Shown: positions 41,798-53,194, counted from the first letter of the stretch. The stretch is 64,000 nucleotides of DNA from Planctomycetota bacterium (GCA_965223505.1 CBDCWP010000038.1:64001-128000); one strand, 5' to 3'. Made by a program: numbers and translations. The notes: generated by a model not told the origin, from the letters alone.

Positions 41798-42991
41798 TCA
41801 GTCGTCGTAGACGGCGCACAGCGCCACCGTGTAGTTGTGATAGCGCGTGTCGGTGCCGATCGGCGCGATCTCGCCGTAGCTGTGAAAGCCGATCCACGGA
41901 ACATCCTGCCCTAGCGCGGTCTGCAGTGGCGCGACGATCTCCTTTCCGGCGTTGAGACCGAAGAGGACGCGGCCGCGCCCCGCGCAGTCGAACTGCATGA
42001 CGAATGCGGGTTCGCGATTCGGCTGCTTCTCGAGGATCGTCGTGGCGCACGCGCGGGCGCTCTCCTTGATCGCGTCCGGGTCACGGCGCGTCAGGCGAAT
42101 CGGGTTGCCGCCGCGCAAGCCGCCGCCGGGAAAGAACAGCGCTCCCGACTCCTTGTCGAGACCGAACGGCGTTCGAATCACGTACGGCGCATACTCCTCG
42201 GCGGCCTTGCCCGCGAGCGGCTCGCCGATGCACAGATGTACGACGCCCTCCGCGTTGAGGTCTTCGGGATCTCCGTCGAGATACTCCTTGAACACCGACC
42301 ACGCAGGTTCGCCGTCGATCTCGTACACCCAGCCCCCGTCGGCGCGCGTGACGGTGCGTTCGAGCCCGATCGGCGAGCATCCGTGACTGACCGCGACCTC
42401 GAGCCGCCCACTGCCGCGCATCACGAGCGCGGAGATCGCGTCGGACGCGACCTTGTCGTCGGCGTACTGAAAGGTCTGCTCGAAGACCATCGCATCCGCT
42501 GACGTTCCGCCCACCACGGCGACAGGCGCCGAGAGCCGGGCATGCAGAGCACTCAGGAACTCCGCGCAGTTGCCCTTCAGGCCGTCAGGGAAGACGAGGA
42601 CGCCGATCAGGTCGTCGACACCCTCGGACACGATGCGCTGCGCGAGCTCCGCGCCGCGCCCTGCGGGATCGGCCGAGTAGTCTTCGAGCAGATGAGGTTC
42701 GAAGGCGATGCTGTCGGACTGGATGGCCATCACCGACGCGGCGAGCTCGCACTCCAAGGATGCCCCGGTGACGATCACGCCCTCGCCGGAGCAGCCGACC
42801 AGACGGGCATCGCCCATCTCGCTGCGCACGCCCTCCAGCAGCTTGGCCTGGTCGTAGCCGGTCGTGGCGAAGACGATCACGAGATCGGCGCGCCGGTCAG
42901 GCAGCCCGTCCAATGCCTCGCGCGCGCAGGTGCGCCCCGCTTCGAACGAATCCGCCGTTTGACAGTGTCCAACTGCGGCGGCCGTCGCCAT
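41798..42991 (-). CDS. FIST-domain (NosP-like) sensory protein
   Basis: GCSGEG, VVGGTSAD, HGCSPIG..TVTRA.G..VYEIDGEPA, FDCAGRG, GFHSYGEI, HNYT; GAGGGG SD before ATG 42991. Confidence 0.88.
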   Translation of the reverse strand: MATAAAVGHCQTADSFEAGRTCAREALDGLPDRRADLVIVFATTGYDQAKLLEGVRSEMGDARLVGCSGEGVIVTGASLECELAASVMAIQSDSIAFEPHLLEDYSADPAGRGAELAQRIVSEGVDDLIGVLVFPDGLKGNCAEFLSALHARLSAPVAVVGGTSADAMVFEQTFQYADDKVASDAISALVMRGSGRLEVAVSHGCSPIGLERTVTRADGGWVYEIDGEPAWSVFKEYLDGDPEDLNAEGVVHLCIGEPLAGKAAEEYAPYVIRTPFGLDKESGALFFPGGGLRGGNPIRLTRRDPDAIKESARACATTILEKQPNREPAFVMQFDCAGRGRVLFGLNAGKEIVAPLQTALGQDVPWIGFHSYGEIAPIGTDTRYHNYTVALCAVYDD

Positions 42992-43133
42992 GCAGCCCCC
43001 CTCGAATAGACCCAACCCTTCCAGTCTACGCGATTCGGCGCTGTGTTGCGTCCCCCAACGACCGGAAGCGACGATTGGGTGGATTCGGAGCGAGGGTCGC
43101 GTAACCGGGTGCGCACCTCAACGAGTCACGACG

Positions 43134-43685
43134 TCAGGCCGAGCCCGTGACGTCGTCGCTCAGCCCGGTCGTTCCCCAGATGCCGCGGCGCATCCCGTCG
43201 GGCGCTTGGACTTCGAACAGGGGCCCAAAACCGAGGCGCTCGTGAAATCGTACGGACGCGTCGTTGCGCGGCTCGAGCACGACGGCCGCAAAGCGCGGGA
43301 GGCCGCCGGCCGCGCGCGCAACGGTGTCGTAGAGCGCCGCGGCATACCCGCGTCCCGTGGAACTCGGCTCCACGCAAACCTGCTTGATGAGCACGAACGA
43401 CGTCGCGACCCGCCGGCGGATCTCCCGGCCGACGCTTTCGTCGGACCCGATCCGCTCGTCTCCGTGCGCGATCACGAACGCGCGGATCGCGCCGTTCGCC
43501 TCGAGCACGAACGCGTGGTCCGCCTCCACCGCGAGGCGTCGATAGTCGGTGGCATCGAATTGCGAGACGAGAAACCCGCGTGCGGCGTCGGGCCGCGCCG
43601 GATCGAGCGTCAGCGCCCCCGCCAGCTCCGCCAGTCGGTCGGCGTCGTCGGGCGTCGTGCGGCGGATGGTCGTCCGGGGGTCCAC
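43134..43685 (-). CDS. GNAT family N-acetyltransferase
   Basis: QVCVEP..TGRGYAAALY, NDASVRFHERLGF; GTG 43685. Confidence 0.8.
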   Translation of the reverse strand: MDPRTTIRRTTPDDADRLAELAGALTLDPARPDAARGFLVSQFDATDYRRLAVEADHAFVLEANGAIRAFVIAHGDERIGSDESVGREIRRRVATSFVLIKQVCVEPSSTGRGYAAALYDTVARAAGGLPRFAAVVLEPRNDASVRFHERLGFGPLFEVQAPDGMRRGIWGTTGLSDDVTGSA

Positions 43686-43705
43686 GCCGTGAGCGTACCG
43701 ACGGG

Positions 43706-44827
43706 TCAGCCGTCCAGGCGCTTCTTGAGCGCCCGAAGGCCGGGAACCCTGCGGGCGAGCTTGCGCAGCCGGATCGGCAGTACGCCGCCGAGCCAGGGAA
43801 GCGGTCCGTGCGGACACAACCGCAGGCGGTGATAGCCGCTCAACTTCATCCGCCAGCGCCGGCACCAGGGGTAATCGGTCACGAGGTTGATCTCGCTGCC
43901 GCCGCCCCGCCGGAACTCGCGCTCGATGGCCGCGCGGAGCAGCAGGTTGCCCGCGCCAAAGCGTTTGAGCTCGTCATCGTAGGCGTGACGCAGCAACATC
44001 AGATTGCGACCCAGCCGCACCGCCATGTGCGCGGCGGCAAGACGGTCTCCGAGTCGAAGCGAGTGCCACTCGAGGATGCCGCGCTCGTGAAAGCGGCGCG
44101 CGAGCGCTTCGTACTTCGCGACGGACCCGGCGTCGGTGGCGATGGCCGTGCCGTCCTCGGACGACCCCTTCCAGCCGGAGGCTTCGAGCCGCATCAGGGG
44201 ACCGAGGTGATCGGGGGTGGCTTCGGGCCCGGCGAGGAACGTGATCGCCGGTTCCCGGCCGCCCTTGCGGATCCTGTTCTCCGCACGCCGCATGTCGCTG
44301 CGCAGGTTCTTGCTGATCGACTTCTGCCACGTCTCGAAGTCGCCGTCGATCGCCAGGGACGATCCGTCGACGGCGCGCTCGCCTGCGACGGACCAGCCCG
44401 GCACACCCGCGTCGACGGCGGTGCGTGTCGGCGAGTTGTCGCGCACGCCGCCGAGCTCCAGGTAGGCGATGCGCGCCTCCGACCGAAGCGCGGCCAGCAA
44501 GGCGCCGAGCGCGCCGTCATGGCCGGGTCGCAACAACACGTCACCTTCATCGGTGTGGTAGTCGAACGGAACGAATGCGCGCGGCCGTGGGACGCCGAGG
44601 ATCCGCTTGGGTTCCAAGACGGCCGGCAAGACACCGGCTACCGTCTCGCCGTCGAGCGCGATGAAGCAAACCCAACGCGACGGCGCGCGGACCTTCTGCT
44701 CGAGATAGGTCGCAATCCACCCGTGGGTCAGCATCGGCAGCCCCTGCGGCAGGCTGCCCGCCAGGTCGTCCCAGCGTTCCGCGTAGTGGGCGAGCTCATC
44801 GAGCGTCTCGATGCGTTCAACTCTCAC
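43706..44827 (-). CDS. GNAT family protein (CelD/BcsL-like)
   Basis: W..L..P..H.W, S.NLR...RR, LEASGWKG, AYD.......G.LL; paralogue of 45631-46773. Confidence 0.75.
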   Translation of the reverse strand: MRVERIETLDELAHYAERWDDLAGSLPQGLPMLTHGWIATYLEQKVRAPSRWVCFIALDGETVAGVLPAVLEPKRILGVPRPRAFVPFDYHTDEGDVLLRPGHDGALGALLAALRSEARIAYLELGGVRDNSPTRTAVDAGVPGWSVAGERAVDGSSLAIDGDFETWQKSISKNLRSDMRRAENRIRKGGREPAITFLAGPEATPDHLGPLMRLEASGWKGSSEDGTAIATDAGSVAKYEALARRFHERGILEWHSLRLGDRLAAAHMAVRLGRNLMLLRHAYDDELKRFGAGNLLLRAAIEREFRRGGGSEINLVTDYPWCRRWRMKLSGYHRLRLCPHGPLPWLGGVLPIRLRKLARRVPGLRALKKRLDG

Positions 44828-45545
44828 GGGACGGCGCCCCGATCTCGAAGGTGACAGCGTGGTCGTCGCGGCGAAGCAGCGTCAGAAGGGCGTGCAGGAA
44901 CACGACCAGCCCGATCATCTCGAGCGTCTCCTCGGCGGTGACGAACAGACCGTACCCGAGGTTGTGAATCCCGTGCGCTTCGACGTGCCGGCCCTCGAAG
45001 AGCTCGACGCCCAGCGCCCCGCCCAGGTACAGCAGGGCGGCGAGCAGGAACTGATTGCGCGTGCGCCGCGGCAGATGGCGCAGGAACCGCAAGAACGCCA
45101 CACCGACGCCGAGCACGACGGCGAACCCGACGACGACCCAGGCGTAGTGCAAGAGCCCGCCGACGCCGAGCGCGCCTCGCAGCGGCTCGATGAGCAGCTC
45201 GTGGAACGAGGCGGCCTCGTCGAGCGCCATCAGCAGGAAGCCCAGCGCCAGCACGAGCCAGTGCCTGGCGAAGCGGTCCATGGAGCTGCGCCGCATCGCG
45301 GCGATGACGGCGAGCGCCGCGGCGTTGAGCAGTAGCAGCAGTGTGGCGAAGAACGTCGCGGGGCCACTTTCCGTGTCCATGTAGAACTTCGGGATCAGGC
45401 CGAAGCCCCAATCGTGCTCGGTGAGGTGCATGAGCAGCGCGCTCGCGAGACCGGCCACGAACAGCAGCAGGACGCACGCGCTCAACCAGCGCGTGACGCG
45501 GCGCGGATCCAGTCGAACCGGCGATGAGCTCGGGGATCGGCCCAT
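44817..45545 (-). CDS. Hypothetical multi-pass membrane protein
   Basis: About 6 TM segments; E....TFF, LDE..SFHE, EETLEMIG motifs; overlaps the GNAT start. Confidence 0.72.
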   Translation of the reverse strand: MGRSPSSSPVRLDPRRVTRWLSACVLLLFVAGLASALLMHLTEHDWGFGLIPKFYMDTESGPATFFATLLLLLNAAALAVIAAMRRSSMDRFARHWLVLALGFLLMALDEAASFHELLIEPLRGALGVGGLLHYAWVVVGFAVVLGVGVAFLRFLRHLPRRTRNQFLLAALLYLGGALGVELFEGRHVEAHGIHNLGYGLFVTAEETLEMIGLVVFLHALLTLLRRDDHAVTFEIGAPSRES

Positions 45546-45630
45546 GTCTACCCCATCGGCGTGATCGGCCCGGGGATGAATGACACGGTTGGGAGTTAGG
45601 GTTCGCTCCGCATCGATCCGATGATGGAGC

Positions 45631-46773
45631 GTGATGGCCGAGCCGATGCTCATCGACGGTCTCGAGATCGTCTGCGTGGACGACGTGGACGGGCTCGACC
45701 AACGCACCGAAGCCTGGGACGCGTTGGCGTCGCGGCAGGGACCGTGCATTCCCATGTTCGGCCACGCCTGGATCTCCATGCTCTTCCGCATCTACGCCGG
45801 GCCCGACGACCGGTGGTTCGTGCTCTTCTGCTACGACGCCGGCGAGCTGGTCGGCGTGATGCCGATCTGGATGGTCCCCCACCGCGTCTTCGGCGCTTCG
45901 CGCCCGCGCGCGCGGGTTCCGTGCGACTACCAGACGTCGGAAGGCGACGTGTTGCTCGAGCGCGACCGCGCTTCGCGGGTCCTACGCGCGTTGATCGCCG
46001 GTCTTCGGACGCAGGAGCCGAACGTGTGGCGGCTCGAGCTCGGCTGCGTGCGCGACGACAGTCCGACCCACGACGTCCTGTCCGCGTTCGCCGCCGTGAC
46101 GCAACCCGACGGCCGGGGATCCCGCATTCCGATTCACGGCGAACTGGACACGTGGGCGGCGTCTCTCAGCAAGAGCCTGCGTCGCGACATTCGGCGTGGC
46201 GAGAACAAGATCGCGCGCGAGGGCGTCGAGGCGACGTTCGAGTTCCTCGCGGGCGCCGACGCCGACCCCACGTTCCTCGACGAGGTGATGAGGATCGAGG
46301 CGTCGGGGTGGAAAGGCAAGCAGGGCCTGCCGATGTCCTCGGACCCGGTGAACACGGAAAAGCACCGCTACCTCGCGTCGAAGTTCGCCGAGCGGGGACA
46401 GCTCGAGTGGCACGCGTTGCGGCTCGACGGCGCCGTCGCCGCCGTACACTTCGCCGTCCGCATGGGTGAGAGTCTCATGCTGCTCAAGCAGGCGTACGAC
46501 GACGCGTTCTCGAAGTACCACGTCGGCCATCTGCTCTTGAAGCGGGCCGTCGAGCGTGAGTACGAGCGCGGCGAAGGCCACGAGCTCAATCTGGTGACCG
46601 ACTGGGCCTGGTGCCGGCGCTGGAACATGTCGGTGCATCCGTATCAGCGCGCCTCGATCTATCCCGGCCGCCCGCTCGCACGCCTCGCGCACGCAGCGCG
46701 CTCCGGACTGCGGCGCATGGTCGGGCAGGTGCCGGGCGTACGCCGGTTGCGGCAGCGAACGCAGCCGGACTGA
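45631..46773 (+). CDS. GNAT family protein (CelD/BcsL-like)
   Basis: Same motif set as 43706-44827 (IEASGWKG, EWHALRLDG, ELNLVTDW.WCRRW). Confidence 0.75.
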   Translation: MMAEPMLIDGLEIVCVDDVDGLDQRTEAWDALASRQGPCIPMFGHAWISMLFRIYAGPDDRWFVLFCYDAGELVGVMPIWMVPHRVFGASRPRARVPCDYQTSEGDVLLERDRASRVLRALIAGLRTQEPNVWRLELGCVRDDSPTHDVLSAFAAVTQPDGRGSRIPIHGELDTWAASLSKSLRRDIRRGENKIAREGVEATFEFLAGADADPTFLDEVMRIEASGWKGKQGLPMSSDPVNTEKHRYLASKFAERGQLEWHALRLDGAVAAVHFAVRMGESLMLLKQAYDDAFSKYHVGHLLLKRAVEREYERGEGHELNLVTDWAWCRRWNMSVHPYQRASIYPGRPLARLAHAARSGLRRMVGQVPGVRRLRQRTQPD

Positions 46774-46834
46774 GCCGCTCGACGAAACGCATCCCGGTGT
46801 TCAGAGGATCGCGTTTCCCCTACCCTCGGCGGCC

Positions 46835-47584
46835 ATGGGGACCGCGGAGACCATCGACGAGGTCATCGAGCAGCTGACGGCGATCATCGATCGGTGCGTC
46901 GAGGACGAGCTGCGGCTCGGCTACTTTGCGGCGCTCTACCGGAAGGTCACCGTCGAGGTCAAGACGGGGATCGCGGAGGGCTTCTTCGACGACGGCGCCC
47001 GCATGGAGCGGCTCGACGTCATCTTCGCGAACCGCTACCTGACCGCCTACGACGCGCACCGTGCCGGTAGGCCGACGACAGAGGCATGGGCGTACGCGTT
47101 CGAGATCGCCGATCAGTGGTGGCCGATCGTGCTGCAACACCTGCTGCTCGGCATGAACGCGCACATCAACCTCGACCTGGGCGTCGCTGCGGCGAAGACG
47201 GTGCCCGCAGACGAGCTGCCCAACCTGCACGGCGACTTCAACAGGATCAACGACATCCTGAGCCGCCTGGTCGCCGAGGTGAAGGAAGAGCTCGCCGAGA
47301 TCTGGTGGACGCTACGGCTCTTCAACCGGTACCTGGGGAGCGTCGAAGACGCGATCATCAACTTCAGCATGACCAACGCGCGGGACGCGGCATGGGACGT
47401 GGCACTGCGGCTCGCGCCGATGGACGACGAAGAGCGGGGCGTGGCGATCGCCGCTCTGGACGCCGACGTAAGGCGCTTCGGGCGCGTCATTCGCCATCCG
47501 GGCGTCCTCGCGAGCACCGTCCTGAAGACGGTCCGGCTCGGCGAGCGAGGCTCGGTGCGGAGGAAGATCGAGATCCTCTCCTGA
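46835..47584 (+). CDS. Conserved hypothetical protein (DUF5995-like)
   Basis: GYFAALY..VT, LDVIFANRY, HLLLGMNAHINLDL, DFNRIN. Confidence 0.7.
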   Translation: MGTAETIDEVIEQLTAIIDRCVEDELRLGYFAALYRKVTVEVKTGIAEGFFDDGARMERLDVIFANRYLTAYDAHRAGRPTTEAWAYAFEIADQWWPIVLQHLLLGMNAHINLDLGVAAAKTVPADELPNLHGDFNRINDILSRLVAEVKEELAEIWWTLRLFNRYLGSVEDAIINFSMTNARDAAWDVALRLAPMDDEERGVAIAALDADVRRFGRVIRHPGVLASTVLKTVRLGERGSVRRKIEILS

Positions 47585-47588
47585 CGAA

Positions 47589-49427
47589 CTATGCCGGCGC
47601 CGGCGTGGGGTCGGACTCGTTCTTCCGCTCTTCGACCTGCGCCTTGTCGAGGTCCTTGCCGCTCTCGAGCCTGAGCAGGCGGTCGAGCGAGAACGGGCCG
47701 GAACCGCGCCAGACGATCATGCAGAGGGTGAAGAACACGAAGAACGTGAACTGGAACCCGAGGTTGGTCGTCAACAGGCCGCCCTCGGCGCCCGCGCCGA
47801 ACACGTGCACGCCGACCGCACCGAGCATCACGAGGGCGTTCAACCCCGCGGCGATGCGGGTCACGAAGCCCAGCGCGAGCGCAAGCCCGCCGACGACGTG
47901 CGCGAACACGACGCCCCACGACATGAACGTCGTCCACGTCTCCATCTCCTCGCCCTGCGGCAAGCTGGACTCGAGCGTGTTCATGTCGGTGATGAAGGCC
48001 ATGCCCTTGATGAAGAGGGCGATGCCCAGATAGACGCGCAGCAGGTCGATGGGTCGAACGTGCTTGAGACCCGGGATGAGCGGCTTGCGTGTCGGCTTGG
48101 CGGCCATCGCCTCGCGGCGGCGCGCCATGGCTTTCGCGTGCTCTTCCTTCGCCACCGCTTCCTGCTCCGGCGTGAACCGGACGAGCCACGCGAAGAAGGA
48201 GAAGCCGAGCACCAGGAAGCCCAGAATCATCAGGAACGTCGGCCGGTGCGGCTCCCACTTGAGCAGGAACCCGGCCGCGACCGCGCCCATGTTCCCTCCG
48301 GCGCCGACGATCCCCGCGACGGCGCCCAACGCCTTCTTGTTGATGAACGGCACGACCGAGTACGTCGCGCCCTCAGACATCTGCACGAACAAGCTGAACA
48401 GGATCATCGTCGGGATCGCGAGGGCCAGCACCTCCATCCGGGAGAAGAGCAGCAGGGCGATGCCCTCGATGAACAGCGCGATGAACAGCCAGCGCACGCG
48501 GCCCTTGAGTCCGCCCTTCTGCACGAACTTGTCACTGATGTACCCGCCGAGCGTGCGCGCGAAGATGTTCATCAAGCCGAAGAGGCCGGCCACGAGACCG
48601 GCCGTGGCGATGCCGAGCCCGAAGTAGTCGGCGTAGTACAGCGCCGCGATGTTGTTGATCGTGAGCTCGATGCCGAAACAGGCCGCATAGATGAAGAACA
48701 GCGCCCAGACGCGCTTGTCCTTGACGGCCAGCATGAAGGACCCCTTGGTCTTCTTCCGGGGTTCGAGCTCGCCGCTGGCGCGCAGCTCTTTGAAGTTGCC
48801 GTTCGGCAGGTCGGTCGTGAAGAAGAAGTAGCAGAGGCCCACGATGAAGCAGACGGCGCCGGCGACGACCATCGAGAGGCGCCAGCTCCAAAAGTCGCCG
48901 AAACCCATCGCGAGGAAACCGGCGAGCAGCAGCGGCATGACCATCTGCGTGACGCCGCCACCGAGGTTACCCCAGCCGGCGGAGGTCGCATTGGCCGTTC
49001 CGACGACGTTCGGCGCGAACATCACCGACGTGTGATACTGCGTGATGACGAACGACGCTCCGATGACGCCGATGCCGAGCCGGAAGATCATCAACGCCTC
49101 GTAGCTCTGCGCGAAGCCGATGCTCATGACGGGAATGGACCCGAAAATCAGCAGCCCCGTGTAGCAGAGGCGCGGCCCGATCTTGTCGCAGAGCCACCCG
49201 ATGAAGAGCCGGGCGATGATCGTGATGGCGACCGAGGCAATGATGAGGTTGGCCACCTGCTGGTCATCGAGCTTCAACTCGTCGCGCACGACCTTCATGA
49301 GCGGCGCGATGCCGAACCAGGCGAAGAAGCACAGGAAGAACGCGAACCAGCTCATGTGGAAGGCGCGCATCGGCCGCGTCTTCAAGCTGAGCAGATTGAT
49401 CCTGGTGGCCTTGTTCTGGACTTCCAT
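47589..49427 (-). CDS. NRT2/NarK-family nitrate/nitrite MFS transporter fused to a C-terminal DoxX domain
   Basis: MRAFHMSW..FF.CF..WF, nitrate signature ANATSAGWGNLGGG, FGIELT, ARTLGG; after a charged linker LLRVYLG..F..KG, GG..L.LGFVTRIAA, GSGPFSLD. Confidence 0.85.
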   Translation of the reverse strand: MEVQNKATRINLLSLKTRPMRAFHMSWFAFFLCFFAWFGIAPLMKVVRDELKLDDQQVANLIIASVAITIIARLFIGWLCDKIGPRLCYTGLLIFGSIPVMSIGFAQSYEALMIFRLGIGVIGASFVITQYHTSVMFAPNVVGTANATSAGWGNLGGGVTQMVMPLLLAGFLAMGFGDFWSWRLSMVVAGAVCFIVGLCYFFFTTDLPNGNFKELRASGELEPRKKTKGSFMLAVKDKRVWALFFIYAACFGIELTINNIAALYYADYFGLGIATAGLVAGLFGLMNIFARTLGGYISDKFVQKGGLKGRVRWLFIALFIEGIALLLFSRMEVLALAIPTMILFSLFVQMSEGATYSVVPFINKKALGAVAGIVGAGGNMGAVAAGFLLKWEPHRPTFLMILGFLVLGFSFFAWLVRFTPEQEAVAKEEHAKAMARRREAMAAKPTRKPLIPGLKHVRPIDLLRVYLGIALFIKGMAFITDMNTLESSLPQGEEMETWTTFMSWGVVFAHVVGGLALALGFVTRIAAGLNALVMLGAVGVHVFGAGAEGGLLTTNLGFQFTFFVFFTLCMIVWRGSGPFSLDRLLRLESGKDLDKAQVEERKNESDPTPAPA

Positions 49428-49486
49428 GACGCCTCTCCGGGTTACGCCCTACGAGGCTCCGCTATGCGCCCGGCCCGCTACGGCGG

Positions 49487-50716
49487 CTAGGCGTGATAGT
49501 GAAGACTCTCGCCGAGATACGGATCGCCCTCCGGAACAGGCTTGGCGTTCCCCAGTCCGCGCAGGAAGAACCAAGTGAACCCGGCGAGCAGCGCGGCGAG
49601 CGGGGCGATCCCCCACAGCACCGACACGAAGTGGTCACCGACCAGCGGCGGCGCGACCATCAGATGCAGGTCGAGCCAGCGACCGGCCAGCAGCAGTACC
49701 GCGACACGCAGCATCGTCGTGCGATTGCGCTTGGCGGGTCGCGGGAGCAGCAACAGGAACGGGATGAGCCAGTTGACGCCGACGTTGATTACCATCCACG
49801 GGCCCCACGTCGCGTTCATGCGCGGGACGTAGTAGGTCGTCTCCTCGGGGATGTTGCTGTACCAGATGAGCATGTACTGGCAGAACCAGATGTACGCCCA
49901 GAAGGTGGCGAACCCGAGCATGAGCTTGCCGAGGTCGTGAAGATGGTCGTCGCGCAGAATGCCGCGCAGCGGTCCGGCGCGCTCCAGCAGGATCGCGATC
50001 ACCGCGATCGCGGCCAGCGACGACAAGAACAGGCTCGAGAAGTTGTAGACCGCGTATACGGTGCTGTACCAGTGCGGCTCCAGCGACATGACCCAGTCGA
50101 ACGCAGCGAACGAGTACGTCAGCGCGAACACGACCAGGAACCCGCAGGACAGCTTCACGGCGCGGCCGTGCAGCGCGTGTTCGCCCGGCTTGTCGTCCTG
50201 CCGGCGCGAGACGCCGCGCAGCATCCAGGCGAACGCGATCCAGATCCCGAGGAACAGGACGGAGCGCACTAGCACGCCCGCAACCGACAGCCATCCGCTC
50301 TTGTGTTGCAGCAACGGATCGCTCTCGACCGCCTCGGTGTGGGTCCACTCGTAGGCGCCGAGCGTGATGAGCAGGATGACGAACACGCAGGCCGCCGTGT
50401 AGGGCAGGGTCGTGGCCAACGCCTCCGGTACACGCCGGATCGCGACGCTCCAGCCGGCGCGGGTGACGAACCCGAACACCAGGAACAGGAGCCCGCCGAG
50501 CGACAGGCCGAGGGCGTACTGGCCCGCGACGATGAGCCCGGCCCAGCCCGCCTCCGTGTCGATGAAACAGCCCCCGAGGGTCACGACCACGGCGACGGCA
50601 GCGACGACGATCAATCGCTGGGTCAGCGCGCCGTCGATCAGTCGCGGTCCCGCGGAAGCGGGCTCGACTACTGCTTCGGCTTCTGCAGCGTGCGAATGTA
50701 GCGAATCACCTTCCAT
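49487..50716 (-). CDS. actF: Alternative complex III subunit ActF (NrfD-like membrane subunit)
   Basis: AGWSVAIRRVPEA, DWVMSLEPHWYSTVY, HLHDLGKLM..F..FWAY..FCQYMLIWYSNIPEE; start uncertain (overlaps actE by 49 nt). Confidence 0.88.
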   Translation of the reverse strand: MEGDSLHSHAAEAEAVVEPASAGPRLIDGALTQRLIVVAAVAVVVTLGGCFIDTEAGWAGLIVAGQYALGLSLGGLLFLVFGFVTRAGWSVAIRRVPEALATTLPYTAACVFVILLITLGAYEWTHTEAVESDPLLQHKSGWLSVAGVLVRSVLFLGIWIAFAWMLRGVSRRQDDKPGEHALHGRAVKLSCGFLVVFALTYSFAAFDWVMSLEPHWYSTVYAVYNFSSLFLSSLAAIAVIAILLERAGPLRGILRDDHLHDLGKLMLGFATFWAYIWFCQYMLIWYSNIPEETTYYVPRMNATWGPWMVINVGVNWLIPFLLLLPRPAKRNRTTMLRVAVLLLAGRWLDLHLMVAPPLVGDHFVSVLWGIAPLAALLAGFTWFFLRGLGNAKPVPEGDPYLGESLHYHA

Positions 50717-51312
50717 CGGTCGTCTCTCGTTACCTGGTTTGCGTGCGAGGCCATGTCGCCCTTGCCGACCGTGATGACGCGGTACATCTGTCCGTCGCTC
50801 ATCTTGATCAGCGCGGGATCGGTCAACACCGGCGGCGGGCGCATGCCGCGCCGGCTGACGGGTGTGTTGGCGGCGCCGAACTGTCCGTGGCACGTCGCGC
50901 AGACGTTCATCCAGACCTGCCTGCCGCGCGTAAGGTGCGCGGCCTGCGCCGCCTCGGTCAGCTCGTCGAAGTTCCACGACGGCTTGTAGGCGTTCCAGCG
51001 CGCCTGCTCTTCCGGCGGAAGCTTGACCCACTCGCCGGCGGGCCGGCTCTCGTCGATGTTCAGAAGGCCGTCCCCCTGGTGCATCGGCAGGAACCCGCGC
51101 GCCACCGTGCCCTCGACCGGCCGGCGCAGCGTGCGCCCGTCGTCGAAGAGCGGATTGACGTCCTGCGACTCGAAGCCGGGGTTCTCGCCCATGTTGTGCA
51201 TGAACTCGAGATTGCGCTTGCCGTAGTCCGGCTCGGCGAACAGATGCAGGCCGATGCCGACCGCGATCAGGAGCACCAACAGCCCCTCGAACGGATGGAG
51301 GCCCTTGATCAT
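50668..51312 (-). CDS. actE: Alternative complex III subunit ActE (monoheme cytochrome c)
   Basis: PVEGTVARG, CATCHG, DG..Y..IT.G.G.M, DRWKVI.YIRTLQ; N-terminal TM. Confidence 0.88.
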   Translation of the reverse strand: MIKGLHPFEGLLVLLIAVGIGLHLFAEPDYGKRNLEFMHNMGENPGFESQDVNPLFDDGRTLRRPVEGTVARGFLPMHQGDGLLNIDESRPAGEWVKLPPEEQARWNAYKPSWNFDELTEAAQAAHLTRGRQVWMNVCATCHGQFGAANTPVSRRGMRPPPVLTDPALIKMSDGQMYRVITVGKGDMASHANQVTRDDRWKVIRYIRTLQKPKQ

Positions 51313-51832
51313 GCGTCCTCCTCCACGTAGTCGGTCACCGACTCGGCCCCGTGGTGCGTGAGCAGCTCGCGCGCGTCGTCGACGGTGCGCTGCGCGCCCT
51401 CGAGGCGCAGCAGCAGCACGAAGCGGTCGTCCGTGACGGCGATCTCGGGCTGCTTGCCGCGCTTGCCGGGCCACAGCCCGCAACGCATGAACAACGCAAG
51501 GACCACACCGAGGCCGGCGAACAGCACCGTGATCTCGAACGCGATCGGAATGAACGCCGGAAGCGAGTTGAACGGCTTGCCGCCGACGTTGAGCGGCCAG
51601 TCCACCGACGACGTCCAGAACTGGAAGTAGAGGATCAGCGCCGCGCCGAGCAGGCCGGCGAGAAAGCACACCCAGGTCAAGCGGGACGAGCGGATGCCCA
51701 TCGCCTTCTCGATCCCGTGAATCGCGTAGGGCGAGTAGACGTCGACGATCGAGTACGACCCGTCGCGCGCCGCGCGCGTGGCATCGAGCACGCTCGCCTC
51801 GGACGCGAAGACGCCGTGGACCATGCGAGCGC

Positions 51833-51836
<4 letters not shown>
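51309..51836 (-). CDS. actD: Alternative complex III subunit ActD (DUF3341)
   Basis: [40 protein letters not shown]. Confidence 0.9.
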
Positions 51837-53186
<1,350 letters not shown>

Positions 53187-53194
<8 letters not shown>

